Part shown: one piece after another, positions 29,669 to 39,329 of the stretch
How the letters are laid out: each line of letters begins with the position of its first letter
Numbering within the stretch: the stretch's first letter is position 1
Assembly: GCA_044432975.1 (NCBI GenBank)
Contig: JAWXUC010000003.1
Span: forward strand, 1,491 to 65,490
Direction: 5' to 3'
Source of the DNA: Alphaproteobacteria bacterium
GTDB taxonomy: Bacteria > Pseudomonadota > Alphaproteobacteria > RF32 > CAG-239
DNA length: 64,000 nucleotides
The notes under the pieces: model-generated
The model's input: the letters and a program-made list of their open reading frames with translations, nothing else
Database searches by the model: none
What the model was told of the DNA's origin: nothing
Made by a program: the position numbers and the translations under genes

Positions 29669-30484
29669 TTAAGCCTCCTTACATTTGATTTTGATTACGC
29701 CGTCTTCGTCAATCAAGCATGAACCTTGTGATAACATATTGTTTACAAAGTTTGATGCATGATCACCATGCCAGCTGATATCTGTTTTTACATCGCAGCC
29801 AGATGCATGACCTACTGCTGATTGGTGAAAGATAAAGCAATCTCTTTCTGTGCCGTCTAATGGTAAACCTGTATGCATAATCCAATTAATGCCTAACCAT
29901 TTTCTTGCCTCTGTGCCTTTTAAGAATGGTAAGTTGTCGCCTGCATAATCAGAGCTTGAAAACTCATCAATGTTTAATAATGCATTCCATTGCAATGGAC
30001 CAACAATACCATAACGATTACCATCATCTGGAACATCTTTGTTGTTAAGTGCTGCAAATGCTGTTAAAAGAACATCTTTTGTTAATGCTGCTGTATATAC
30101 ACCTACAGCGTTTGTTGCACCAGATAATGCTTCAATAATAAGATCATCTGTTTTTCTACCCAATGCGTATGCACCTGCAGAAGCTACAACACGTCTTTCA
30201 TCGTGATTGATTTTCAACTCATCAAGAGCATCTACCCAATCGCCTGCATAAAAATCTTGTAATGAGCACTCAATTGGAGTGTGATCTAAATTCATCACAG
30301 GTACTAAACCATGACGAGATTTTACAGTAGCAACACCTTTACCAACTTTTTGGAATGTTGTTGAAGCACCTTGAATGTTGTTTTTGAAACGTACTGTATT
30401 TTTTAATTTTGAACCAATTTGTTGATATGCTAAATGAACATCTTTTTCAAATTGTTTTACAAAAGATTGTGAAATATCACTCAT
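29669..30484 (-). CDS. Major capsid protein
   Basis: FVKQF...GSKL..TVR, ALGRKTDDLII, WLGINWI; position after scaffold. Confidence 0.8.
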   Translation of the reverse strand: MSDISQSFVKQFEKDVHLAYQQIGSKLKNTVRFKNNIQGASTTFQKVGKGVATVKSRHGLVPVMNLDHTPIECSLQDFYAGDWVDALDELKINHDERRVVASAGAYALGRKTDDLIIEALSGATNAVGVYTAALTKDVLLTAFAALNNKDVPDDGNRYGIVGPLQWNALLNIDEFSSSDYAGDNLPFLKGTEARKWLGINWIMHTGLPLDGTERDCFIFHQSAVGHASGCDVKTDISWHGDHASNFVNNMLSQGSCLIDEDGVIKIKCKEA

Positions 30485-30504
30485 ATTTTATTTTCCTTTT
30501 TTTA

Positions 30505-31086
30505 TTATTTATTGCCGTATAGTTTTTCAAAACCGTTAGTGATTTTGGCTATATAGTCTTTGTCTTTTGTTTGCCAATATCTTGGGTCTTGCATCATTTT
30601 AGTTAAACTTTCATCAGTTACAGGCTCATTAAAACTAGCTTCTGAATTAATAGCAGGCTCATTTGAGCCCATCATTTTATAAAGAGCAATTACACCTTCT
30701 GAAGTTGAACCAAGAGCGTTATACACCTCTTGTTCAAATTGTTGTTTTGCCCATGCTGATACTTGTCTTGAAACTTCATTGAATTTTTCTTGACTACCAA
30801 AGTATTGAACTAATTTTTCTAGTTGTTTTTGGGCTTCAAACTCTGATGCCATTTCTTGAATATATGGCAAAATTCTTTCGTTTGCTAAATCATATACCAA
30901 CTGAGCTTGAGAGTTGTTAAATCCTGCATTATAAAATCTTTCTAATACATCATCATCTGTTGCAAAAAGAGGACTTTTATAATCAATGGTATAATCCTTA
31001 AAACTATTTGGCATGGCACTTTGAGCACCTGCGTTCAACAAGTTTTGTGGAATTTCTTGTTGTGATTTTTGTTGTTTGTTAAACAT
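30505..31086 (-). CDS. Capsid assembly / scaffolding protein
   Basis: MMQDPRYW...GFEKLY C-terminus; lies between portal and capsid. Confidence 0.65.
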   Translation of the reverse strand: MFNKQQKSQQEIPQNLLNAGAQSAMPNSFKDYTIDYKSPLFATDDDVLERFYNAGFNNSQAQLVYDLANERILPYIQEMASEFEAQKQLEKLVQYFGSQEKFNEVSRQVSAWAKQQFEQEVYNALGSTSEGVIALYKMMGSNEPAINSEASFNEPVTDESLTKMMQDPRYWQTKDKDYIAKITNGFEKLYGNK

Positions 31087-31210
31087 ATTTTATCCTTTAT
31101 TATTAAACAATTAGCACACAATTTGCTTTTCCTAATTTCCTAGGAAAATAAGAATAAGAAAATGCAAATTTAAGTGCGTTAAATTATAAGGTTTTGTTTT
31201 AGATAAAAGC

Positions 31211-32665
31211 CTAGACTTCTAGACTTTCGTTGATTAAAGAGGCTGGCACATTTAAGGTTTTGCCGAGCCATTTTGCGGTCTCGTAATAATTTACGGCTAT
31301 TTGAGAGTTTTCTCCCCAGCCAGAGACCAAGTTTACCCATTCTGCAATGTTTGAAACATCTTTTCTGCTTTGAACTAATGCTAATGGGGATTTGTATTGA
31401 ATATCTACAATTTTGCCATCTATCTCAAAATTTAAGATTTCTCCGCGGCGACGAAGAATATTAAAAGCTCTTTTTAATAATGGGGTTAAGAGTTCTGACT
31501 GCAAGCGTCCAAAGCTTGCGCCCAAAATTCTTGCCATTTGAGATGAGCGTTCTAAAACTTCTGTTGCGGTCATATTAGGGCTATCAACTTGTGATAGGCT
31601 ATCTGCTAAAAGAGCATGATTTATTCTACTTCTTAAATCTGTTAACACAAGTTGAGATACATCAAATTTGCCAGGGGCTTCTAATGGAGTTAATCCTTTT
31701 GAATCAACCGCTTTAGGAATAATTGCCCCTGGGACTAATTTTATATTGGCAGGATTAATAACTCCGTCATCGTCTGCTTGCCAAATTCCTGTTACTGCTA
31801 TTGATGCGTTTTTTAGCACCAATTCCACAACTTTATTGGCGGTTTTTATATCTGGTAATGCTTTCATTACAGGAGAACGTCCATAGACTTCTCCTGGGGC
31901 TTTTTGCCATCTAAAATTAATAAAAGGAGATGTATCAAAAACGCCTTCTTTTATTAAAACATAATCACCGCCATCTTGAACAAACACAATATATTCATAT
32001 CCGCAAGAACCATGTTCTAAGCATCTGGGAACAACTGTTTCGATGACTTTTAAAGTAAAGTCTCTATCTTCTTTTTTATCTAATAAATGCTCTGGCAAAA
32101 TTGCTCCATTAAAACGAGCTAAAATGCTTTCTACATTCATATCAGAAGATCTAAAAGTTGTATCCAATTTGCCACTAGCACTCTCTTCTATTGAAATTTC
32201 AGAAAGCGGAATAGCTGAAAATTTAAACGCTGATGTTTCACCTATTGGCGCTTCTTCAAACAATAAACAAGCTGTTCCTGCAGTTACTAAATCTAAATAA
32301 CACTGATGGAGTTCTATTGAAAAATTTGAATGCTCAAAATTTTGCAAAACAATATCTGTTGTCTCTTCTAGTGTTTTTGAAACTTGTTGTTTTTCTATTT
32401 CTGAAAGTTCTTTTCCACCTTTTAAGCCAAACCATTTTGCCCAAGGTGGAGTCAGCTCTGCAAGTAATGATGATGCAAGCTGATCAACCGCATCTATAGC
32501 GGTTCCGTCATAAATATGAACACCACTATCGCCACCATCAAAAACCGCATTCTCTCTTTGTGGAAAGGCATAAGCATAGCACTCTTGCCAATCAGCTTCC
32601 CACATTGATTTTTTTTCTTGAGCTTTTGTAAATCTCTTATGCAAATGCTCTAATTTTTCATTCAT
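31211..32665 (-). CDS. Portal (head-tail connector, T7/BPP-1-like)
   Basis: YDGTA, LTPPW..WF, RW...PGEVYGRSP, MTATEV. Confidence 0.9.
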   Translation of the reverse strand: MNEKLEHLHKRFTKAQEKKSMWEADWQECYAYAFPQRENAVFDGGDSGVHIYDGTAIDAVDQLASSLLAELTPPWAKWFGLKGGKELSEIEKQQVSKTLEETTDIVLQNFEHSNFSIELHQCYLDLVTAGTACLLFEEAPIGETSAFKFSAIPLSEISIEESASGKLDTTFRSSDMNVESILARFNGAILPEHLLDKKEDRDFTLKVIETVVPRCLEHGSCGYEYIVFVQDGGDYVLIKEGVFDTSPFINFRWQKAPGEVYGRSPVMKALPDIKTANKVVELVLKNASIAVTGIWQADDDGVINPANIKLVPGAIIPKAVDSKGLTPLEAPGKFDVSQLVLTDLRSRINHALLADSLSQVDSPNMTATEVLERSSQMARILGASFGRLQSELLTPLLKRAFNILRRRGEILNFEIDGKIVDIQYKSPLALVQSRKDVSNIAEWVNLVSGWGENSQIAVNYYETAKWLGKTLNVPASLINESLEV

Positions 32666-32667
32666 TT

Positions 32668-32880
32668 TTATTCTCCTAATAATGATTTTCTAGTCAAACC
32701 ATCTGAGGTATCATTTGTCTTTTCTGTTAAAATTCCTTGGTATGATGTGTTGACGGTACTTGCCATGCCTCTTCTTTGACTTTCAATTATTGAAGCCCTT
32801 TCTTCTGCGGCAGCTTCTTCTGCAATTGCTGCTGTGTCTACAGGCTCTGGGACATCTGGTGATGAAAAAATTCCACCCAT
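32668..32880 (-). CDS. Small phage protein preceding the portal
   Basis: MGGIFSSP...RRG..ST...KSLLGE. Confidence 0.6.
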   Translation of the reverse strand: MGGIFSSPDVPEPVDTAAIAEEAAAEERASIIESQRRGMASTVNTSYQGILTEKTNDTSDGLTRKSLLGE

Positions 32881-32882
32881 TT

Positions 32883-33278
32883 TTATTCTCCTTTATTTTT
32901 GCTTTTGTCTGTGTTAAATATATTAAATAGTCTTTTATCAGAACTTCGTTTTACAACAGAAATTCCTAATACGCCTAGCGCCATTGACCACAACGAAGTT
33001 GTTTCTGCCATGGCTAAAATTAAATCTATTGAATTGGGCTTATTTGATAAAACAATATAGCAAATTATTGCCATATAAGCCACCCAAGCAACAGAAACGC
33101 AATATCCAAAAAACGGGCGCCAACATTTTACAAACATTGATTCAGTTTTTAATTCTGCCTGAATTGTTTGGTTTATAATTTCAACATTTTTATCTTCGCC
33201 AATTTCTGTTATTTGGTCTTTGGCAAAACCAAAAAAAGTTTTGACAATTGGAATAGAACTTAAAATCTTAAACATCAC
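32883..33278 (-). CDS. Holin resembling the GTA 3TM holin family
   Basis: WRPFFGY followed by TM segments and LG.LG...RS.DK; next to the endolysin. Confidence 0.65.
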   Translation of the reverse strand: MMFKILSSIPIVKTFFGFAKDQITEIGEDKNVEIINQTIQAELKTESMFVKCWRPFFGYCVSVAWVAYMAIICYIVLSNKPNSIDLILAMAETTSLWSMALGVLGISVVKRSSDKRLFNIFNTDKSKNKGE

Positions 33279-33279
33279 C

Positions 33280-33699
33280 CTACTCCTCTATATTATTATA
33301 AAACAAGTGCGAACCAATCTCTATACAGGGTAATTTTTTTCTGGACCATTTGGGAAAAACTAACTTTGTGTGATAATGAGTTGCTCCACAAGTGTTGTCT
33401 TCTAAAACACCATGAACAGCTCTTGTTGCAATGCGCTGAGCTATGCAAAAATTAACATCATCTTCTGTTATTTTTTGTATAAGTTTGCAATTGGGGTCGT
33501 TAACATTCCAGCAAGAAAACTGAAATGGCGCTTGGCAAATTGAAATGATGTCATTGCCCCACCAATATCTTTTCTTTTTTTGAGAAAATGATAAGCGGTT
33601 TAATACAACATTGGCAATTGCTTCTTGTCCTGAAATACTTTCTCCTCTGGCCTCTCCATAAATAGTTCTGGCCAAAATATCTATAACTTTATGGCTCAT
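33280..33699 (-). CDS. Cell wall hydrolase (SleB/Hydrolase_2) endolysin
   Basis: LARTIYGEARGE, QFSCWN, GATHYH, IGSHLFY. Confidence 0.9.
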   Translation of the reverse strand: MSHKVIDILARTIYGEARGESISGQEAIANVVLNRLSFSQKKKRYWWGNDIISICQAPFQFSCWNVNDPNCKLIQKITEDDVNFCIAQRIATRAVHGVLEDNTCGATHYHTKLVFPKWSRKKLPCIEIGSHLFYNNIEE

Positions 33700-33714
33700 A
33701 TTTTTGTTCCTTAT

Positions 33715-33960
33715 TTACATTTTTTGTTTTGTGGCATCGTCTAGTTTTTGTTCTATACGAAGTAGATGGTTGGTTAAGCGATTTTCTATGTCTTTTAAGT
33801 AAGTGGTAGAAACATAATTGCGGGCGACATGAAGTTTGAATTCTGCCAGCGCGTCTTTTATGTTTTGCCTTTCTGACTTTTCTGTTATTAACATTTTGAA
33901 AATCGCAATAAAAATGGGCAACTCTATTAGAGTTACCCATTCAAAAATGCTTATTGTCAT
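33715..33960 (-). CDS. Small membrane/coiled-coil phage protein
   Basis: N-terminal TM; LAEFKLHVA.NYVS, RL..HLLRIE.KLD. Confidence 0.6.
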   Translation of the reverse strand: MTISIFEWVTLIELPIFIAIFKMLITEKSERQNIKDALAEFKLHVARNYVSTTYLKDIENRLTNHLLRIEQKLDDATKQKM

Positions 33961-33995
33961 GGTTGTTTTTTCCTTTTTTATGGAACTATAGTTTG

Positions 33996-34072
33996 ACTGG
34001 ATTGCGGATCAAGTCAGCAATGACGTGGCGTACAGTCTCTTCGTCATTGCGGGCTACGACCCGCAATCTAGT
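33996..34072. repeat. Inverted pair of GTCATTGCGG...CCGCAATC palindromic repeats
   Basis: Same unit recurs near 52529 and at 60648-60730. Confidence 0.75.
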
Positions 34073-34086
34073 TGAAAAGACTTTCC

Positions 34087-35568
34087 TTATATATCAAATT
34101 TTACTTTAGCTGAAAACTGAGTGTTTCCGCCTTGCCAGTTTTTGTAGGTTCCGTCGTTGGCTAAGGTTTGTAGTCTTACTGGTTGTGATAATATGCTTGA
34201 GGCTACGGCGTCTAATCCGTCGTCATGGGCATTATTATTTGGTTGCCAATCTCTCATTTCTGCGATGAATTTTGTTTGCCAAATTTTATGATGTGCTAGC
34301 AATAATCCTTCTGATAAAATGAGCTCAAATGCTTTTAAGATTTTCTCCTCTTTGTTTTGATGCGTCGTCTCTTCTATCACTGCAACCTTTAGTCCTCTTC
34401 TAGCTAAAACTTGCTTTAATATTGAAGGTAGAAATTTGCCTATGCCGTTAGTTTCTACTTTTATTGATGGCTGAAAATTTTTCTCTAAAAAATCTGCTAC
34501 CATTTCACACTGTGCTGATGCTATATTTGATTCTTGTTTTTCATCTACTTTGATATATAAAATATCATGCAGATAAATTTTGCCCTCTTCATCAACAAAA
34601 ATACAAGCAACAACACTAGCGTCATTTTTATCACTCACGCCAAAGGCTGGGTCCCAACAACATGAAGCAGAAACCATTTTCTTATCGCCAATTTTTAATA
34701 TTTGTTTATTGTTAGCATAAGAAACTTCTATTTCATCTTTATAACTTATCAACTTTGCAGGCTCTAACGTTGCGGTAGTAAAGTTGATTGCTTGCAACAT
34801 CATTTGAGATAAAAACTTGTTTTCTCCTGATTGACGTCTAATTGTAGAAATTCTCTCATTTGAAAAACGCTCTGGCCAAACTGAATTATTGTTTTTATCT
34901 AAGATTGGTAATTCTAATTTTGCAAAACCTTGCAAAAAAGGACTTATCTCTTTTTTATTTTCATCAAAATCGGTTTGATAAATTGTATAAAAACTATGAG
35001 GGGTACCAATATATAAAAGCATTCCCCCTGGAGTGATTATATAATCTAGTTCAGATAATTTTTCTCTCATATCATCGCGCTTTAACGGACTGTCGCAATT
35101 TTTTGGAACTTCAACGTCATCGCAAATAATAACATCCGCCCGCAATCCTGTTAAGTTTGACATCAATCCTTTGGCGAGCATTGATGGATCTCGCAACTCT
35201 GATTGGCGATTGACTGTGAAATATTCTGATGCCCATTCTTGCGCTTTTTGCGGTTTTAAATGCATGGTCAATGGGTGTTTTTCAATAATGTTTTTAACAT
35301 TTTTCACCATCTTTTTTGCCAATGCCTGATCTGCTGCCAAAACCAAAATTCTAAGAGATGGATTTTGATATAATAGCCAAACACAAAACAACCCAACAAC
35401 TGTAGATTTGCCAGAGTTTCTAAATGCCATTAAAAGCGCTTGCTTATTATCTATAGATTTCCAAACTTTAGACAGCCATAATGCAATTTTTTTCTGATGC
35501 TTAGGCAATTTTAAATTCTGCAGTTTTAACCAGATATATATAAACTGATAAAACTCAATTTTTTTCAT
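34087..35568 (-). CDS. Terminase large subunit
   Basis: AFRNSGKST Walker A, IICDDVE Walker B, WDPA and HDDGLDA nuclease motifs. Confidence 0.9.
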   Translation of the reverse strand: MKKIEFYQFIYIWLKLQNLKLPKHQKKIALWLSKVWKSIDNKQALLMAFRNSGKSTVVGLFCVWLLYQNPSLRILVLAADQALAKKMVKNVKNIIEKHPLTMHLKPQKAQEWASEYFTVNRQSELRDPSMLAKGLMSNLTGLRADVIICDDVEVPKNCDSPLKRDDMREKLSELDYIITPGGMLLYIGTPHSFYTIYQTDFDENKKEISPFLQGFAKLELPILDKNNNSVWPERFSNERISTIRRQSGENKFLSQMMLQAINFTTATLEPAKLISYKDEIEVSYANNKQILKIGDKKMVSASCCWDPAFGVSDKNDASVVACIFVDEEGKIYLHDILYIKVDEKQESNIASAQCEMVADFLEKNFQPSIKVETNGIGKFLPSILKQVLARRGLKVAVIEETTHQNKEEKILKAFELILSEGLLLAHHKIWQTKFIAEMRDWQPNNNAHDDGLDAVASSILSQPVRLQTLANDGTYKNWQGGNTQFSAKVKFDI

Positions 35569-35680
35569 TTTTCCGCCTTTTACACTATCATACAAATATT
35601 TGTTTTAACTTAATTATATTTATTTTTGAGATTTCTAGAATTCTAGAAATCTAGAATAGTAAAATAATTCTAAATTATGG

Positions 35681-35869
35681 TTATTTTTTAGGATATTTTT
35701 CTTTTATATCTTGCCATCTTTCTATAACGTCAATTAGTTCATAAGGAAGCTCTGCACCGTCTTGCAAGACCATATCAAAGGCTTTTAAAATTGCATCTAA
35801 TTGCTCTCCTATTGGCAACTCTTTCTCATAGGCTTGTTGGCGTTTTTGTTGGTATGATTTTTTTCTCAT
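35681..35869 (-). CDS. Small phage protein
   Basis: PIGEQLD...IKEKYPK resembles phage tail-associated motifs. Confidence 0.5.
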   Translation of the reverse strand: MRKKSYQQKRQQAYEKELPIGEQLDAILKAFDMVLQDGAELPYELIDVIERWQDIKEKYPKK

Positions 35870-36163
35870 TTATTCTTCCTCTTCAAAATTATCATTTGCT
35901 TCTTTTAAGATTGCTTCAATATCAAAAGCTGGAATTGGTGTTGCAGCTTCTTGCGCTTCTGTTGTTTCTGCTAACTTTAACAAAGAATGAATATGTGTTA
36001 TGGCCGTTTTGCAAGCACTATGATGTGCATGAAAACTTTTGGCATCTGATAAGATATCTTGATTTGAAAAATCATCATATTTATCTAAAACATTATCTAT
36101 TTTTTGTGGCAGAAATTTAGAAAGTTTTTTCTTAACTTTTTTTAGCTTCATAATTTTCTCCAT
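35870..36163 (-). CDS. Hypothetical protein (small-terminase position)
   Basis: 97-aa ORF upstream of terL. Confidence 0.5.
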   Translation of the reverse strand: MEKIMKLKKVKKKLSKFLPQKIDNVLDKYDDFSNQDILSDAKSFHAHHSACKTAITHIHSLLKLAETTEAQEAATPIPAFDIEAILKEANDNFEEEE

Positions 36164-36213
36164 AAAAAAACCACCGTTGAATTCTCAACAGTGGTTAAAA
36201 CAATCTGGACGCA

Positions 36214-36630
36214 CTAATGGCGTTGACTAATTGTAGATGTAAAATATTTTTTTTGAAAAGTCAAGGAATTTTTTCCTATTTTTTGCAAATATGTGTATAA
36301 CTGATGTGGAGTTATTAAAAATCTTTTATTGATTCCTACGATTCTTTTCAACACTTCAACACAACTAAAAACTCCAATAGGTAAGGCTTTTAAGGGAATA
36401 TATGTACAATCAACTACAATAAAGCTCTTGTTTTTTAAATATGATTTTAATCCTAATTTATGAAAGTTATTAATTAAAATTTTATTACTCATAGGATTTA
36501 TCTCTGTGCAGATATGGCTTTTATCTGAGAATAAGACAACATAACAATGTCTAAAATTTTCTTTTAATAATCTTAAATACCACAATGTTGTGTTATCTTC
36601 AAAAATAATTATTGCTTTATTAAAATGCAT
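36214..36630 (-). CDS. Hypothetical protein of the phage-like cluster
   Basis: LRLLK..FRHC, SCVE..KR.VG, TP.QLY. Confidence 0.6.
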   Translation of the reverse strand: MHFNKAIIIFEDNTTLWYLRLLKENFRHCYVVLFSDKSHICTEINPMSNKILINNFHKLGLKSYLKNKSFIVVDCTYIPLKALPIGVFSCVEVLKRIVGINKRFLITPHQLYTYLQKIGKNSLTFQKKYFTSTISQRH

Positions 36631-36952
36631 TTAACACCCCCTTTTCTATTAATCTTTTTTCTAGTTTATACATTGCATCTTTCCATATTTGTTTATCTGA
36701 ATGCTTTGCTCTTTTATCATATAATGGAGAGATGAAGCTTTGACCATAAAAGCTAATAACTCTAAGGTGTTTATTGGTTAAAGCACCTTCATTTTTTAAT
36801 CCTTTTAATATTTTATAAAAACTATGTTTGTCGCATATTCTAGGTAGTTCTACTGCATCTGTTTGAGGACGGAAACCCGATTGCTCTGCCGTCATTGTCG
36901 CACAAAACCAAAACCAAGCATCTTCCACACCATTAAACTCTCTGTAATCCAT
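36620..36952 (-). CDS. Hypothetical protein, possible cluster regulator
   Basis: Start moved to ATG 36952 after AGGGAAG; EDAWFWF motif; first gene of the cluster. Confidence 0.55.
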   Translation of the reverse strand: MDYREFNGVEDAWFWFCATMTAEQSGFRPQTDAVELPRICDKHSFYKILKGLKNEGALTNKHLRVISFYGQSFISPLYDKRAKHSDKQIWKDAMYKLEKRLIEKGVLNAF

Positions 36953-37104
36953 TTTTTTATCTTCCCTTATAAAAATTAACGGTTTATTAATATTTAACAT
37001 ATATACTAATAGTTGTAGTATAATCAACCTAAAAAAGATTTATTTCCTATTTTTGTGGATTATAATAGCCTAATGCTGTTTTTTTATAAGAAAAAGGAGA
37101 GGTT

Positions 37105-37716
37105 ATGAAACACGATGTTGTTTGGAGTGCTGTTGATAATTTAGCAAAAAAAAATAATATTTCGCCATCAAAAATGGCAAAACTTGTTGGACTAGATGCC
37201 ACAACGTTTAATAAATCTAAAAGATTTAGAATCGATGGAAAGAAAAGATGGCCATCGTTGAATAGCATTAATAAATTGCTATCTTTCTTTAATATTTCTT
37301 TTGATGAATTTTATGGGGTTTCAATGTTTAACAACTTTTCTACATTACCTATAATAAATTATTCTGAAGTTAATTGTTCAATTGATGTAAAAAAAGAAGA
37401 TATGATTTTTAACAATACAGATGAGATGGGTGAAGAAACGTTGCAAAACCTTGATTTTGCTATTGTGTTAGATACAAAAAAGTTTGACCCTATATATAAA
37501 TATAACTCAACTATAATCATTTCTAAAAGCCCTGAAATAAGACGTGGAGATAGGGTTTTAATTGTAAAAAAAGATAAAAAAATATATGTTTATGAGTTTA
37601 TATCTTGCAATAATAATTCTTATGAATTTATAAGTTTAGAAAAATATAATCAAAAAGAAGAAATAAACTCTAATGAGATTTTATCTATTAAAAGAATTGT
37701 CTGGGCTTCTCAATAA
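37105..37716 (+). CDS. XRE/CI-like repressor with degenerate S24-type C-domain
   Basis: GLDATTFNKSKR..DG..RWPS; IRRGDRV; RIVWASQ. Confidence 0.75.
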   Translation: MKHDVVWSAVDNLAKKNNISPSKMAKLVGLDATTFNKSKRFRIDGKKRWPSLNSINKLLSFFNISFDEFYGVSMFNNFSTLPIINYSEVNCSIDVKKEDMIFNNTDEMGEETLQNLDFAIVLDTKKFDPIYKYNSTIIISKSPEIRRGDRVLIVKKDKKIYVYEFISCNNNSYEFISLEKYNQKEEINSNEILSIKRIVWASQ

Positions 37717-37718
37717 TA

Positions 37719-37904
37719 TAACGTGAGGTTTGTATTTACACTGATTATTTATTAATAACAATATACTACAATTAAAATTTGGTTTTTGTAGAGCGGGGAC
37801 TTGCTCCCGCCGTTACGCAGTGCCAAAAGGCGGGAGCAAGCCCCCGCCCTACGGTAAATAGTACAAAAAAACACCTATTTATTTCTTATACGAATCTCGC
37901 ATTA
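37719..37904. mobile_element. MITE copy B (direct repeat of copy A)
   Basis: TAACGTGAGGTTTGTA...TACGAATCTCGCATTA with the same internal hairpin. Confidence 0.75.
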
Positions 37905-37983
37905 ATATAAGAAACTTGACAAAAAACATTGTTATGATAATTATTAAATGCAAAAATACGTTTAACTTAATAATTATAAAACA

Positions 37984-39084
37984 ATGGAAAACAAAACAAA
38001 TCAGGCTCAGCCAACAATTTTTCAATTTGTGATTACTGGAGGCCCTTGCGCTGGTAAAACAACTTGCTTATCTGTTCTGGAAAAATCTTTAACAGACAAA
38101 GGTTATAAAGTTGTAATTGTACCAGAAACAGCAACTGAAGTTATTTCTTCTGGTATTGGAGTGGGAGATCTTCCTGTTCAGGACTTTCAGGAAATCATTT
38201 TTGATAGATCCTTAAACAAAGAAGCCACAACTCGTGAAGCTTTAAGAAAAATGCATAAAGATGCAGTTATCCTTTACGACAGAGGCATTATAGACAATAA
38301 AGCCTATATGTCTAAAGAAGTCTTTCAAGACATTCTTTTCAAAAGAGGTTTAACTGAAGTTGATGTTAGAGATCAATACGATGCAGTTTTTCACTTGGTT
38401 ACCGCAGCTGATGGTGCCGAACAGTTTTACACTTTAGCAAATAACAAAGCACGTTCAGAATCGCCTGAACTAGCAAGAGAATTAGATGCTAAAACGAAAA
38501 ACGCGTGGGTTGGTCATCCTCACCTCAGAGTAATTGACAACAGAGGATCTTTCGAAGAGAAAATTGCTCATCTTGAAAAAGAAGTTCTTTCTGTAATTGG
38601 TCTTCCAACACCGATTGAAATTGAAAGGAAGTTTCTTATTGAAAAGCCTTGTCTTGATGTTTTGATGGAGAAAGAGGCTATCAAGCAAGAAATTTTGCAA
38701 GTTTATCTTTCTTCTGAAGACAAAAACGTTGAAAGACGTGTTAGACAACGTGGCCTCAATGGTATTTTTTCTTATTATTACACTGAGAAAACAACCGCAG
38801 AGGGAATCGGCAGGGTTGAGAAAGAACGAAAGATTTCTAAATCAGAATACCTAGAGCTTTTGCTTGAGGGTGTAAAAATGATTAGAAAGACACGCTATTG
38901 TTTTCTTTACAAAAACCAATATATGGAGCTTGACATTTACCCTAACTGGGTATGCAACGCAATCCTTGAGGTTGAATTAACAGAAGAAACACAAGAGATT
39001 CTTTTACCTGACTGGATTTCTGCAATCAAAGAAGTTACTGAAGACAAAGCCTATAAAAACGCATCTCTTGCTTCTACAATGTAA
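37984..39084 (+). CDS. NadR/Ttd14-like AAA kinase fused to a CYTH domain
   Basis: TGGPCAGKTT, DRG, EIERKFL, RKTRY, LEVEL. Confidence 0.85.
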   Translation: MENKTNQAQPTIFQFVITGGPCAGKTTCLSVLEKSLTDKGYKVVIVPETATEVISSGIGVGDLPVQDFQEIIFDRSLNKEATTREALRKMHKDAVILYDRGIIDNKAYMSKEVFQDILFKRGLTEVDVRDQYDAVFHLVTAADGAEQFYTLANNKARSESPELARELDAKTKNAWVGHPHLRVIDNRGSFEEKIAHLEKEVLSVIGLPTPIEIERKFLIEKPCLDVLMEKEAIKQEILQVYLSSEDKNVERRVRQRGLNGIFSYYYTEKTTAEGIGRVEKERKISKSEYLELLLEGVKMIRKTRYCFLYKNQYMELDIYPNWVCNAILEVELTEETQEILLPDWISAIKEVTEDKAYKNASLASTM

Positions 39085-39121
39085 AAGAAATCTATTAATC
39101 TAACAAAAAAAACTCGCATGT

Positions 39122-39215
39122 TAATGCGAGTTTTTTTAGGGCGGGGGTTTGCTCCCGCCCTATATTAAAAAGTGCAAAAAAGCACCTGCTTCTTTCTTAT
39201 ACAAATCTCGCGTTA
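39122..39215. mobile_element. Internally deleted MITE copy C
   Basis: TAATGCGAG...GCTCCCGCCCTA...TACAAATCTCGCGTTA. Confidence 0.6.
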
Positions 39216-39329
39216 TAGCTAAGGCAAAAACAAATGATTATGTTTTATAATAAAATTGTAGGGACAGTCAAAACTGTTCCCTACAAGAAATATGCAATCA
39301 AATAATTTTGCATTTGCTATAGATTATAG

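Larger units (their letters stand above)
26452..37716 (-). mobile_element. Podovirus-like structural/lysis gene cluster (GTA-like or cryptic prophage)
   Basis: Terminase, hydrolase, holin, portal, scaffold, capsid, tail tubular A/B; no integrase or replication genes. Confidence 0.8.

Noticed and set aside
33689-33940. 83-aa ORF
   Set aside because: It is an alternative frame of 33715..33960, which has the better RBS and protein-like sequence.
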